Shown: positions 10,886 through 23,215, counted from the first letter of the stretch. The stretch: 64,000 bases of DNA from Dictyostelium discoideum (GCA_000004695.1 CM000155.2:3296001-3360000); one strand, 5' to 3'. A program made the numbers and translations. Notes: generated from the sequence alone by a model not told the origin.

Positions 10886-11774
10886 TAAAGGTGGTTCGTT
10901 TATTTGTTTTATTTTTACAAATTTTATAAATTAAAAAAAATAAAAAAAAATAAAAAAAAAAAGTTAGTTGTTCACCTTTTTTTCTTTTTTTTTTTTTTTT
11001 TCTATTTTTTTTATTATTATTATTTTTTTTTTAAAAAAAGTTATTTATTCTTTTTTTTTTTTTTTTTTTTTTTTTCTTTACCCAAAAATCTTATTGAAAA
11101 AAGGTAAATAAATAAATAAATAAATAAAACTTGATTATTGTTATGTAAAAGTTGAATGTGTCTCCTTAAATAAAAAAATAAAAATAAAAATTTTTTTTAA
11201 TTTTTAATTTTTAAAAAAACAAAAAAAAAAATAAAAAATAAAAAAAAAAATAAAAATTTAGGGTGGTGTGTGTCGAAAAAGTTAATAAAAAGACAAAAAA
11301 GATATAGAAAATCAAAAAATAAATAATGGTGAGTGTGTGTGTAAAAAAAATAAAAAAAAAAAAATTTTTAAAAAAAAAATATAATAATAAAAAAAAATAT
11401 GTAAAAAAAAAAAAATAAAAAAAAAAATAAAAAAAACCCAAAAAAATTTAATATTTTTTTTTCTTTGAAAATTTGAATTTGATTGGGATTATTCGAAGTT
11501 AATTTTCTAATTTTAAAAATTGAATATATGTGTTCATTTTTTTTTTATTTTTTTTTTATTAATATAATTTATATATATATATATTATAAATTATTTTATA
11601 ATAATAAATAAAGAATAAAAATATAAAAATAAAAAAAAAAAAAAATAGAATAAAAATAAAAATAAAAATAAAAAAAAAAAAAAAAATTTTTACTTTTTAA
11701 TTTTTTATTTTTTCAAACCAAAGCAACAATCATATATATAAATATTTATATGTATATGTTTATACATTGTGGCA

Positions 11775-11795
11775 ATGGATAATAACAATAATAAT

Positions 11796-11888
<93 letters not shown>

Positions 11889-12712
11889 TATAGCAATGAA
11901 ATTGATGAATTTGGAGAACAAATTCAGACACCACCAAATGTTCACACAAAACAAGAGATTTTAGAAAAGATGGTTGAAGATTTAGACCAATATATGGTTG
12001 ATGAAAACTTTGATAATGGAGATGAAGAATATGATGAATATAATAATAAAATCGATTTACCTCATAAAAATAATGCAAGAGATTTTACAACTCCACAATA
12101 TATTATTGATGATGATTTAGATTTTAAACATTATTCACATATTAAAAAGCCAGATGGTTCAAATTATAATAATATTGAAGAAATTTTAAATTATTTAATA
12201 AATGAAAAAAAAGTATTAGAAATTAGCAATAAAACTATTGATAACAATAATAATAATAATAATAATAATAATGAATATCATAGACCAAGAATTAATCAAT
12301 CAGAATTTGGTCAACATTTAGAGAATGAATTAAAATCATTACCTTCAGCAGTAATAAATACATGTAGGTTGCTATTAAATAATTTATATAAAATTTTTTT
12401 TTTTTTTTTAAAAAAAAAAAAACTAAAATTTATATGTATAAATAATTTAATTTAGATTTTGAACAATCAAGTGGATTAGTTGAATTACATAAATATATTA
12501 AAGAGAGTAGAGATACATTAAATGGATTTTCAAAATCATTTGATTCAATTATATTAGAGTTATCAAATTTAATTAAAGATATGCCAGATAATCATGTTGC
12601 ATCACTTCAAATTTCAAAATCACTAGAGAATAGAATTTTAGCTAGAGCTGAACTTTGTAATATAGTTGAAACTGTAACAATTCCACCAGATTTAATAAAG
12701 CAAATATTTTGA
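11775..12712 (+). CDS. 5' exons of a Vps52/Sac2-like gene (assignment tentative); reading frame hits TGA at 12710
   Basis: ATG at 11775 (the track start at 11769 is GTG). Poly-N tract from an (AAT)n microsatellite. Donor GTAGGT at 12364 (phase 1) and acceptor tttag| at 12455, with exon 2 starting at 12456. Exon 2 frame ends at TGA 12710-12712, only 84 nt before the next coding exon; see finding. Confidence 0.5.
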
Positions 12713-12795
12713 TTATTATTATTATTATTATTAATAGGTATATACAAAGAATAATTTCTAATACTTTTTTTTTTTTTTTTTTTTTTTAAAATTAG

Positions 12796-13217
12796 AAAAT
12801 TAACATCAGATGATTTAAATGAAGAATATATAAAATGTATAAAAGAATTGGAGGATAGAATTAAAAGTTTAGATCCATGGATGATGAAAAAAGAAGCAAA
12901 ATTTATAGAGGATATAGCATATGAAATTGATTTATTAAAAAAGAAAGCAAGTAAATCAGTTAGAGATTATCTATTAAAACTTATAATTGGTTTAAGAAAA
13001 CCAAGAACCAATATTCAAATCTTACAACAATCTAAATTATTTAAATATTCACCATTGAATGAATTTATTTATCATAATTCACCTTCTTCTGCAATTGAAG
13101 TTAAAAATTCTTATATTGAAACTTTATCAAGAACTTTTACAATGTATTTTAAAAATTATTTAACAAATTTAACAAAAGTTTTTGTAAGTTTAAATTTATA
13201 AAAATAAATTATAATTA

Positions 13218-13267
<50 letters not shown>

Positions 13268-14766
13268 TATTAAATTTTTTTGTTAATTAGAATCAAATTG
13301 CATTAAAATCAGATGTAATTGGATATATTGAACAAGTTAAAGGATATTTTGGTACAGTTAATAAAGGATTTGAATTAAATAAAGCATCAGCATTTAATTT
13401 ATATATTTCAGGATTACCAATTGATATTTGGACTAGTATTAGAAGTGAAACTATTGAACAAATTCCAGAAAGATTTAGTAGAGCTGATATATTGACAAGA
13501 TGTTTAGATGCACCATTGATTATACCACATGCAGCAATTAAGAATGGTAAAAAGTATCCATTTGAACAAATTTTTAGATCAATGAATATTTTATTGTTGG
13601 ATACTATTTGTTCAGAATATTTATTCGATAGACAATGGTTTGCAAAACCATTATTGGCAAATTCACCAGATGCATTAATACCCTCGATTTTCAATAATAT
13701 CTTTCAACTTTACTATGACAATATCTTTTCATTCGTTGGTGGTACCTATGATTGTTTATCATTGTTGTTATGTTTACAAATCAATAGCATCTTGGTTCAA
13801 TTGTTAATTGATAGGAAATTATGGGATCGTATATCATGTTTAAAAACTTATTTTCAAAAATTGGATGTTATAATTTGGGATAGATTTAGTGAAGTCTTTA
13901 AAAGGAATATCGATAGTTTAAACTTGGCAATTAAAATGGATACACCTCCAACCGATTTTAGACCTCATATTTATACTCGTAGATTTTCAGAATTTTATTC
14001 AAGTATTGCAGAAATCTTATCACATAATGAAGAACCAAGAGTTTTAGCTTGGGTAGCTGTATTACGTTCGTCAATGGAAAGATTATTATTACATTTTTCA
14101 AATTCTTTTACTGATATAAAATCAAAATCAATATTTTTAATTACAAATTATGATGTTGTAATTACTGTTTTTTCTGTAAGTGTTTTTTTTTTTTTTTTTT
14201 TTTTAAAAATTATATATCTTTTTTTTATTTTTTTTTTTTATTTATTAATAATTAATTTTTTTATTTTTTTATTTTTTTATTTTTTTTTTTTTCCAAAGGA
14301 AAATAATATAAATCAAAATGAAGAAGGTTATTTAAAATTTTTAAATTTATTACATGAACAAATTGATATATTTGTAGAATTATTATTATTTAGTTATTAT
14401 AAAAGTTTAATTACTTTTATAAAGGATACAGAATTTAGTTGTTCAAATGTTTCAAATTATCAAATAGATAAGAATCAATTATCAATGTTAATTGGTGAAT
14501 TCTCACAAAAATGGAAAGATATATTATCAAAAATTCAAACAGAAATTATGACAAATTTTTCAAACTTTAATTTAGGTTCAAGTATTACAAAGAAAATTAT
14601 CACTCAATATTTATTATACTATAAAAGATTTGAAGAAATTTATAAAAAATTCATTAAACAATCATCAACCACTGATGGAAATAATAATCAATTAAGATTA
14701 GCTTTTATACCAGTTTCAACTATTACTTATGAAATTTCAAAAAGTTATAGTTCTTTTAATCCTTAA
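12796..14766 (+). CDS. downstream exons of the same Vps52-like gene
   Basis: Model: join(12796..13183, 13291..14175, 14299..14766). Donors GTAAGT at 13184 and 14176. Acceptors aattag| at 13290 and ccaaag| at 14298. All junctions are phase 0. The acceptor at 12795 requires a phase-2 upstream exon. A (TA)n repeat lies inside intron 13184..13290. The track ORF 13492..14766 reads through the 123-nt in-frame intron as FFFF low complexity. Confidence 0.55.
13213..13262. repeat. (TA)25 dinucleotide microsatellite inside an intron
   Basis: A perfect tatata... run is visible at 13213..13262. Confidence 0.9.
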
Positions 14767-14893
14767 AATAAACCAATAAAAAAAAAAAAAATAAAAAAAA
14801 AATAAATAAAAAAAATAAAAAAAATAAAAAAAATCAATGCATAATACAAATATATGTTTTGTAAAATTTTATAGTATTTAAATATACTATTTT

Positions 14894-16411
14894 TTAATTT
14901 TTAATTTTAAAAATTTTATTATAAAAATAATCAGCAGTAAAATTATTTAATAAATTAACATTACCAAAATGAATTATTAATTTATCTAATGATTTTGGTA
15001 AATTAATTTGATATAACTGATGAGAATATTTTGAATTTTTAATTTCTAATATTTTTAAAGAATTTGGAAGTACATCTTTACCAATTGGTTTATCAAATGT
15101 AATACCTAATTGTAATGATGTCAAAGTCGGTGGTAAATCAGCAGGTTTAATATACTGATTGAAATTATCCAATACCAATGATTCCAATGAGGTACAATCC
15201 AATGAATCCTTAATAATTGATAAATTATCATTAAAACCACCCAAATTTAAATGTTTTAATGATTTTGGTAATGTATTTATTGGAATCACATTTTTAAATT
15301 GTTTACCAAATTCTAAAGATACCAAATTCGTATGCAAGAATAAAGCAGACATCGAGGAAGTGGAAAGCGGTGGATTGAAATTATCACCAAATTTGAGGCA
15401 AGTCAATGACGAGGGTAGCATTGCGGCGGTCAAACTTTGGTTAAACTCCAATCCAAATTCTAAATTGGTTAAATTTGGTGGTAGTACACATAGCTGGAAA
15501 TCACCATTCAAAGGTTGATTAAACTTGCTTCCAAATTTAATGGAGCCAAGCGAGGCTGGTAAAGAGCCTGCTTTAATTTCACGATTAAAAATTTGATTAA
15601 ATTCAATTGTTTCAACATTGTGTGGTATGTAACCCTCTTTAATAATGGCATTAAATGTTGGACTAAAGCTTAAATTTATCGTTGAGATTGGTATTGGGAT
15701 ATTTAAATTCAAGCTTGCAATATAGTTCAAATCTTTCACTTTACTTGGAATTGAGCCTGGCACTATAACACCCTTATATTGGCTACTTAGATGTAAATTC
15801 TCCAATGTTTCAGGTAAAATATTTTTATTTATAGTTTGTTGAAATGAAATTCCAAATTTTAAAAATTTAATTTTACTTGGTAACCAACCACCATCTAATG
15901 ATTGATTAAATAATTCACCAAATTCTAAACTTGTGACTGAATCTAATAATTTAACATTATCCATAACTTCATTAAATTTATCATTGAAAATAATAGATTT
16001 AATTGAATATGGGAATATACTATTACTTTCTTGTTCTTTATCGTTATTTACTACTAGTAATTCTGATAATTTCATTGATGTTGGTGTTGGCGTTGGTGTT
16101 GGCGTTGGTGATGTTGGTGATGTTGGCGGTGTAGTGGTGGTGCCACTTTTATTTAATTCTTTTACAATTACATTATTTAGTTTTAAATCTGAATCTTCTT
16201 CATAATTTACAAATATTAAATTTTCAATATAACTTTTGTATTTATATGTTGAATATTGATCTATTGTCATTTTCATTGTGGTGTGAACATTAAATAATCT
16301 TGTGTGAAATAATATTTTATTTAAAATTATTTCATTCCTCCAACAATTAAAAAATAATTCACAATTACTATTACTTGTTGATGATGATGATGATGTTGTT
16401 GTTTTAATCAT
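14894..16411 (-). CDS. FNIP-repeat protein
   Basis: Multiple about 22-aa repeats of the LP.SL..L.FG..FNQ.L type (FGSKFNQPLNGD, LEFGLEFNQSLT, LKFGDNFNPPL). The N-terminus ELFFNCWRNEIILNKIL is typical of the Dictyostelium FNIP family. 505 aa, single exon. Confidence 0.8.
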   Translation of the reverse strand: MIKTTTSSSSSTSNSNCELFFNCWRNEIILNKILFHTRLFNVHTTMKMTIDQYSTYKYKSYIENLIFVNYEEDSDLKLNNVIVKELNKSGTTTTPPTSPTSPTPTPTPTPTSMKLSELLVVNNDKEQESNSIFPYSIKSIIFNDKFNEVMDNVKLLDSVTSLEFGELFNQSLDGGWLPSKIKFLKFGISFQQTINKNILPETLENLHLSSQYKGVIVPGSIPSKVKDLNYIASLNLNIPIPISTINLSFSPTFNAIIKEGYIPHNVETIEFNQIFNREIKAGSLPASLGSIKFGSKFNQPLNGDFQLCVLPPNLTNLEFGLEFNQSLTAAMLPSSLTCLKFGDNFNPPLSTSSMSALFLHTNLVSLEFGKQFKNVIPINTLPKSLKHLNLGGFNDNLSIIKDSLDCTSLESLVLDNFNQYIKPADLPPTLTSLQLGITFDKPIGKDVLPNSLKILEIKNSKYSHQLYQINLPKSLDKLIIHFGNVNLLNNFTADYFYNKIFKIKN

Positions 16412-16698
16412 TTTGTAATATTAATTATTATTATTTATAAAATGAAGTTATCAAATTTGATTTTTGAAACATAAAAAAAAAAAAAATTTTTTTTTGTTTT
16501 TTTAGAAAAAAAATTTTTAAAAAAAAAATCTTTACTTGAATCAATTTCCAAGACATCCAATTTTTTTTTTAGAGTTTCCTTGTTACTATTTTTTAAAAAA
16601 AAATTTCAAAATTTGTTAGAATCTCTTTTTTGTTACAAAAAAAAATTAAAATTTATTATTACATATTTATTCATTTATTTTCATCAAAAAAATTGTGT

Positions 16699-16789
16699 GC
16701 TCTATTAACTCAGTCGGTAGAGTGAAGTACTTATATATCAGTATGATAAAGCAATGCTTTGGTCGCGAGTTCGATCCTCGCATGGAGCA
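16699..16789 (+). tRNA. tRNA-Ile(UAU) with an 18-nt intron (second copy, inverted relative to 3859..3949)
   Basis: 100% identical to the minus-strand copy. A T5 terminator lies at 16792-16796. An external B box GTGTTCGATTCC lies at about 16822-16834. Confidence 0.7.
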
Positions 16790-17561
16790 ACTTTTTAAGG
16801 CATTCTTACATGGATCAAGTGTTCGATTCCCTATTAAAATACGAATTGAAATTATATTAAAATGGAAGATTTCAATCCCACAACCCTCAACTCACCAAAA
16901 CTGTCTCGATTTATTAATTATTCATTTATATCAAATAATAATAATGATAAAATTATTTTTTACAAATATGCTATTTCTGAACCATCATATTTTAGAAGAA
17001 TTACATTTAGAGAAACACCAATCGATATCGATTTGAAATTCCCACTAAACCCGTTTCAAGGCATATTTTTTAAAAATCCTTCAATTCATCATTAAAATGA
17101 TTATTTTAATGTAACTGATCATTAATTTACCACTGGTGATAATGTTGTTGTTTGTAGAACCTTTATACATACCCTATCGCCAAGGGAGACTATATTACTT
17201 ACAATGATCATATATCAAATACCTTTTATATTAAAACTGGTTTTCATCTTTCAGATCTTTTTATGGAAATTGTGGATCTTAAAAAGTTATCATGAAATGC
17301 TTATAAAATTACAAAAGTTTGAAGCATATAAAAAATCATTTTATTTTTGTGAAAGTTCAAAAACATCAAAATCATACTCAATTTATAAATATGATTTAAC
17401 AAATTTTGAATCATCTCCATACTTTCAATTGACATTAAAAACTTTTCATACAAATTAGTAACAACTATTCAACATGAAATTACATATACAATTCCATGTC
17501 AAGAATATTATATTTTTTTTAAAATAATAATAATAATAATTATAATAATAATAATAATAAT

Positions 17562-17642
<81 letters not shown>

Positions 17643-17681
17643 TATAAAAATAAAAATAATAATAAATATTTTCAAACCAAA

Positions 17682-17720
<39 letters not shown>

Positions 17721-17980
17721 AATCAGGATTTACGGTCAACTTTAAAGAGATAACAAGGTTCAAGATGAAAAATTAGGCTACTATATTATTCTAAACTCTA
17801 ATTAAAACAAAAATAAAAAAAAAAAAAAACCAATAAATTTATAAAGATCTGGGTAAACTTTGAATTTTAATTAATTTATAGTTTTTAATAAAAATAGAAA
17901 ATTTTATAAATAATCAATTTCACTTTCAATTTTTATTTTTTTATTTTTTATTTTATATTTATTTATTTTTAGTTTGCCAA

Positions 17981-18364
17981 TTAGCATGAATTGAATTGGA
18001 AGAAATATGTTCCACCTTGGAAGGTTCCTGATTTGGCATAGGTAGCAATAAACATGTATTGGTTGTAAATAATACCTTTTACACCAGTGAAACCTGAAAA
18101 GCCATATGGTGGATTAACATTATAAAGGTAACCATTAGCAGTGAATGAGGAATCTGAATTAACAGTGATGTTAGCAATAACATTTCTTCCAGAACCATTG
18201 ATAATTTGATAACCAAAATTATTTTGAGAGATGTTAAAGACACCAGCTGGAGTTGGACATGTACCTTCTTGATAACGAAGGTAAGAACCAGTTTGTAATG
18301 CTTGACCTTGAACTAAATTAACAATGAATGCTAAAATTAAAACGTAAAAAATTGATTTGAACAT
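17981..18364 (-). CDS. small secreted protein (signal peptide plus about 105-aa mature domain), paralog 1
   Basis: N-terminus MFKSIFYVLILAFIVNLVQG is a signal peptide. The ORF is intact at 127 aa. It is homologous to 18676..18939 (FTANGYLYNVNPPYGFSGFTGVKGIIYN vs FTATGYLFYVQPPYSFSGYTSIKGIIYN). Confidence 0.65.
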   Translation of the reverse strand: MFKSIFYVLILAFIVNLVQGQALQTGSYLRYQEGTCPTPAGVFNISQNNFGYQIINGSGRNVIANITVNSDSSFTANGYLYNVNPPYGFSGFTGVKGIIYNQYMFIATYAKSGTFQGGTYFFQFNSC

Positions 18365-18675
18365 TTTCTATTATATAGGTTATGTTTTTGAATGAAAATA
18401 ATATAATAATAAAAAAAAAAAAAAAAAAAATACAATGGCTTTATTAAATTTTTTATTTTTTTTTTTTTTTTTTAATTTTTTTTTTTTTTTTCGTGAAAGT
18501 TAAAATATCAAAGTCTGGCCTACGCTCGGAAATAAAAATCAAAATGACGTCATTATTTATTTCAATATTTTTTTTTTTTTTTTTTTTTTTTTTCGTGAAA
18601 GTTATTAAATTTGTTACAAAAGATATTTTTTTATTTATTTTTTTTTTTGCACATATTTTTTTTTTATTTTTATTT

Positions 18676-19030
18676 TTATATACTAACAAAACTTTCTTCA
18701 TCTTCAAAGAGTGATGATTGACATGAAGTGAATGAATAGTAATATGTACCACCATTGTAACCTGATGATGGTGCATAAATAGCTTGGAAACTGAATGGGT
18801 TGTAAATAATACCTTTAATACTTGTATAGCCAGAAAAACTATATGGTGGTTGAACATAAAAGAGGTAACCAGTTGCAGTGAATGCATTATCAGATTCAAT
18901 GGTCATATTTGCAAAGACTGGTCTTTGTGAAGTTTTCATAGCTTGATAACCATATTCATCTTGAGTGATTGTAATGTTTGAAAATAAGTATGGACAACAA
19001 AATTAAAAGAGATAATGATTTGATGAACAT
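18676..19030 (-). pseudogene. tandem paralog 2 of the small secreted protein, frame-disrupted between signal peptide and mature domain
   Basis: ATG at 19030 encodes MFIKSLSLLILLSILIFK, then the frame hits TGA. The mature-domain homology (QDEYGYQAMKTSQRPVFANMTIESDNAFTATGYL...) continues in the +1 frame. This is either a real frameshift or a sequencing error. Confidence 0.5.
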
Positions 19031-19298
19031 TTTATTATATGTCTATGTTTATTTTTTGTGTTGTCTAATTTTTTAAGATGTGGGTGGGAAAAATTTTTTC
19101 TAATAAAAATATTTCGAAAATAATTTGGGCTTGGAAAAGATATCTTTTCCAAGCCAGGTTTATTCGCCACATATCAAAATGCCAAGATTTTTTTTTTTTA
19201 CCTGTGATCAGACCTTCAAGGAATGTCCTTGTGTCTTTTCGGCGGTGTTTGTTAAACGGTTTTATTTTTATTATTCAATTGTATTAAATTTTTTAAAC

Positions 19299-19354
<56 letters not shown>

Positions 19355-19599
19355 ACTACTTAAATTGGAAGAGGGTTCGGAGCTGCTGGGGTTTGCCAGG
19401 CTTTGTTGAATTTGTATTTGTGAAGATCTTGATTGGTGTTTTTTAGTATTGCTTCGTCGTGTTTGATTTTCTTTAGTGTGATGAATTTTTCAGTTTCGAT
19501 GAGATTTAGTAATTCTGTTTCTATGACCTTTTGCTCGAATTTTGGCTCTGGTTTGCTTTCATCAGTGTTGAACAATTTGTGACAGATTATCTTCCATAA

Positions 19600-20240
19600 T
19601 TTCCTCTATTTCTTCTTTGAAATCCAATAATTTTTGAAGGAAAAGGAGGAAATGGAGGGAAAAAATTAAATTCCTTTTTTTTTCCTTTATTTCCTCAAAA
19701 AAAAAAAAAAACAAAATTCCTCTTTTTCCCTATATTTCCTCGAAAAAAAAATAAAATTACTTTTTTTCCTTTATTTCCTCCTTTTTTCCTTTGTTTCCTC
19801 CTTATTTTCCTTTTTTCCTTTATTTCCTTAAAAAAAAAAAAAAAAAATTCCTTTTTTTCCTTTATTCCCTCAAAAAAAAAAAAAAAAAAAAATTCCTCTA
19901 TTTCCTCTTTTTTTTCTAATAAAAAAAAAAAAATAATAAAAAATTAAATTTTACATATTAGATTAATAATAATTATTAAAAAACTATATTTAATAAATAT
20001 ACTTGGATTATTTTCTCTAAATTAAAAAAAAAAGAAAAATTTTATCTGTTGATTGAATCACCACACAATTGTTTTTATTTTTATTTTTTTTATAATTATT
20101 TAGTTACAATACGATTCAGAATACTTGGATTGTTATAAAATTATGTTTCCTCAAAAATATTAAAATTAGATTTTTCTCACCCATGTGGTGAATTTTTAAT
20201 GTGGGTTAGAAAAAGTGTAAAACTATAATATATCGAAATC
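19600..20240 (+). mobile_element. 3'-end debris of a TRE-like retroelement with tandem about 40-bp repeats (ttcctttatttcctc(a)n) and a 3' UTR module
   Basis: 19625-19665 matches the ORF2 3' end of element 2 (gaggaaat..ggaggaaat, 34078-34118). 20100-20240 matches the element-2 3' UTR module at 34440-34620 (ttctcacccaNgtggtgaatttttaatg..gttagaaaaagtgtaaaact). Six to seven degenerate tandem units lie between them. Confidence 0.55.
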
Positions 20241-20473
20241 CAAGTCAAACCAAAATTTTTAAAAAATGAGAAAGAGATTATAACATTATTTTATTTTATT
20301 TTATTTTATTTTATTTTATTTTTTATTTTTTATTTTTTTTTTTTTTTTCTTTTTTTTTTTTTCTTTTTTCTTTTTTCTTTTTTCTTTTTTCTTTTTTCTT
20401 TTTTCTTTTTTCTTTTTTCTTTTTTCTTTTTTTTTGTCTTCACCAATTCCCAGAAAAAAAAATTCAAATTATT

Positions 20474-20935
20474 GTGGAAAATGGAAAATGGAAGATCATT
20501 ATATTTATAAAAATGGAAATAATTGGAAAAAAGATTAAAATAATTAAGAAAAAAAAAAAAAAAAAAAAAATCAAATCAAATCAAATCAATTTTCATAAAA
20601 TTGAAAAATTAGAATTTTCACCAGAACAACCAATTGCAGGGAAAGATTTAATAGTTTCAGTATCAGGATATTTAAATAAAGAAATTACAAAAGGTGAAGC
20701 ATATTTAGCAATTACATTTGATAGAATACCAATTTTAAAATTAAAAGGTAATTTATGTAATGGTATGGGTGTTACTTGTCCAACTCCACAAGGTAATTAT
20801 TCAACAACAACTATTAATCAAGAAATACCTGAAAATGTTCCACAAGGCTATTACTATGTTAATTTTGTATTATATGATCAAGATGATCTGCAAATCACTT
20901 GTGTTGATGTCCAAATGAATATTACACAATCATAA
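20474..20935 (+). CDS. ML (MD-2-related lipid-recognition, NPC2-like) domain protein; 5' end or signal-peptide exon not found
   Basis: The C-terminal 115 aa have ML-domain architecture with conserved Cys (LCNGMGVTCPTPQG ... ITCVDV). The N-terminal part of the ORF is poly-K low complexity and lacks a signal peptide. Confidence 0.45.
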   Translation: MENGKWKIIIFIKMEIIGKKIKIIKKKKKKKKIKSNQINFHKIEKLEFSPEQPIAGKDLIVSVSGYLNKEITKGEAYLAITFDRIPILKLKGNLCNGMGVTCPTPQGNYSTTTINQEIPENVPQGYYYVNFVLYDQDDLQITCVDVQMNITQS

Positions 20936-21071
20936 AAACAAAATTAATATAAAAAAAAATAATTATTAAAAATAATAAATAATAAATAAATAATAAATAT
21001 AATCAAAATATTTAATAATAATAAAAATAAAAATTAATTAAATAAAATGATAAACCAAGTTTGTGGTTTTT

Positions 21072-21121
<50 letters not shown>

Positions 21122-21139
21122 TTTCTTTTTTTTGATTAA

Positions 21140-21657
21140 TCGCCTGGTACTGCAAATGACCATGAAGCAATCAATATTATCAATCATTTAATAACTAATC
21201 ACAATAACACATCATTCAATCAATTTACAAACTGGTCAAAAGTAAAATCAAAAATTATAAAAACTCTAAAAAACTATCAATATAACAAAGACAAACAAAC
21301 TCGACGTGCAAAACAAATACTATTAGAAAAAGCAGCAAAATTCAAACATCTTGAAGAACAATGCATCGCTGAATACAATATTATATGTAACAAAAACAAA
21401 CTACATCAAAACCACACAAACATATCAAAAAAACATATAAATGGAGAAATACCTAGCAAGTATCTATCAGCAATACTAAACAAAAGATCAAAAGATGCAA
21501 AAATTGAATCAATCCAATATGGTAACATCATTACATCCGACCCCGACCAAATTGAAGATGCGTTTGTTGAATTCTACACAAATCTATATAGCTTACAAAT
21601 ATGTTGTCCAATTACTCACCAGCTCATGCTAAACACATGGCCCATCATAAAAAATGA
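21140..21657 (+). mobile_element. internal ORF2 fragment of a TRE-like retroelement, truncated at the assembly gap
   Basis: An open frame without ATG (…IQYGNIITSDPDQIEDAFVEFYTNLYSLQ…) aligns with element-2 ORF2 residues about 330-390 (…ISDKENIAKRFVEFYQDQY…). It abuts the N run. Confidence 0.6.
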
Positions 21658-21757
21658 NNNNNNNNNNNNNNNNNNNNNNNNNNNNNNNNNNNNNNNNNNN
21701 NNNNNNNNNNNNNNNNNNNNNNNNNNNNNNNNNNNNNNNNNNNNNNNNNNNNNNNNN
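21658..21757. other. assembly gap (100 N)
   Basis: A run of exactly 100 n. Confidence 1.
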
Positions 21758-23033
21758 AAATAAATAAAAAAAATGGGAAAAGGGAAAATGATTTTTATTT
21801 AATTAAAAAATAATTTTTTAATAAATTTTATTTAATAACCGTCAATATATTAAAAAAAAAGAAAAAAAAAAAAAAGTAAAAATTTAAAAATAAAGTAATA
21901 GTTTAAAAAAAAGAGTATTTTTATTATTTCATTTTTTTTATTTAAAAATTTTACCAAAATAAAGTCAATGTGGTTGTTAAATTATATGAATATTAATTAA
22001 ATAATAATCGATTACTTTTGAATTTTTTTTTTTTTTTTAATCACTTTAATTTAAGCAATTTTTGTTTGCTTTTGGTCACTTAAAACAAATTAAATGATCA
22101 AAGAGAAGTTCCACTACAATGGTTCTGATATAATAAAAAAATATTGAAGCTAAGAGATCTTTTGGATTTTATTGACCATTTTAATTGGTTGATAAACAAT
22201 TGTTATTATTAATAATATTATTGTTATTATTTTCGTTTTTTCGATATTTCTTTAATTTTTAATTTTATTTTCACAAAGGGAACAAAATATAATAGTTTGA
22301 GCAAAAAATAAAAAAAAAAAAAAAAAAATTAAAAAAAAAAAAAAAAAAAAAAATTTGAATCCCAAACTTGAAAATTAAAAATTAAATAAAATAAAATAAA
22401 AAAAAAAAATGATCAAAAAAAAAATGATCAAAAAAAAAAAAAAAAATTAAAAAAAAAAAATTAAAATAATATTTTAATTTAAATCTCATACCACTAAAAA
22501 TAATTTAATAAATAAATAAAAATAAATTATAATATCAATTTTTTTTTTTTTTTTTTTTTTTGGGGGTTTTTTTTTGGGGTATTTTTTTTTTTAATTTTTT
22601 TTTTTTTTTGCACTACCTCTAAAAGTATTTGACAATCTTTTTAATATTATAATCTTTGTAGAAATTATTTATATATTTATTTATTTTCTTTTTTATTTTT
22701 CATTAACATATAAAAATCTTTTAATATTATTTAATTATTTATCTTAATGGGTAAGTTAACCACCTTAAACATTGATCGTTTTTACACAGAATATTTTTAT
22801 AAAAATAAAAAAAAAAATAAAAAAAAAAAAATAAAATAAAATAATAGATGGTTTTTTTTTTTTTTTTTTTTTTTTTTTATGATCAAACTAAATTTTATTT
22901 TTAAATATTAAAGAAAACAAAACCATTTAAACAAATAGTGAAAGTAAAGTCTTTTTTGCTAATTAATTTTTCTTTTTTCTTTTTCACAATTTAAGATCAG
23001 CATAAAAGCAAAGAGCAGGAAGTAATTAACAAT

Positions 23034-23215
23034 GAACCAGAGGATTTATTGTTAATAAGAACCTATGGTGACAATTCTAGTGCTCGATCATCAGGTCAAC
23101 TAAATATTCGAGATTCACCAAACAAGCCATTTAACTATCCTTATGTCATTCCACCAAAAAAAGACTTAATAGATTTATTACAAGAACAAGAGTTACAACC
23201 GCAACAAAAAGAACC

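Noticed and set aside
11211-11441. Track ORFs made of poly-F/poly-K/poly-I/poly-Y/poly-V (e.g. 11211..11441, 11760..11954, 11797..12078, 17455..17763, 23146..23565, 35621..35968, 54093..54311, 55368..55631)
   Set aside because: They are translations of homopolymer or tri-nucleotide microsatellite tracts (A/T runs, AAT, CAA repeats) or antisense to real poly-Q/N coding repeats. They have no independent coding signal.
16850-17460. Moderately complex 600-bp block downstream of tRNA-Ile with several 75-85 aa ORFs
   Set aside because: No start-to-stop ORF has coding-like composition or recognisable domains. It may be old repeat debris, as tRNA flanks are TRE landing pads, but nothing specific could be aligned by eye.
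22747-23060. Initial model splicing ATG-G micro-exon of copy A to the body at 22998
   Set aside because: The spliced frame terminates after 24 codons (…NKNLW*). The body is in frame with the internal ATG at 23034 instead, so the micro-exon model is retained only for copy B.
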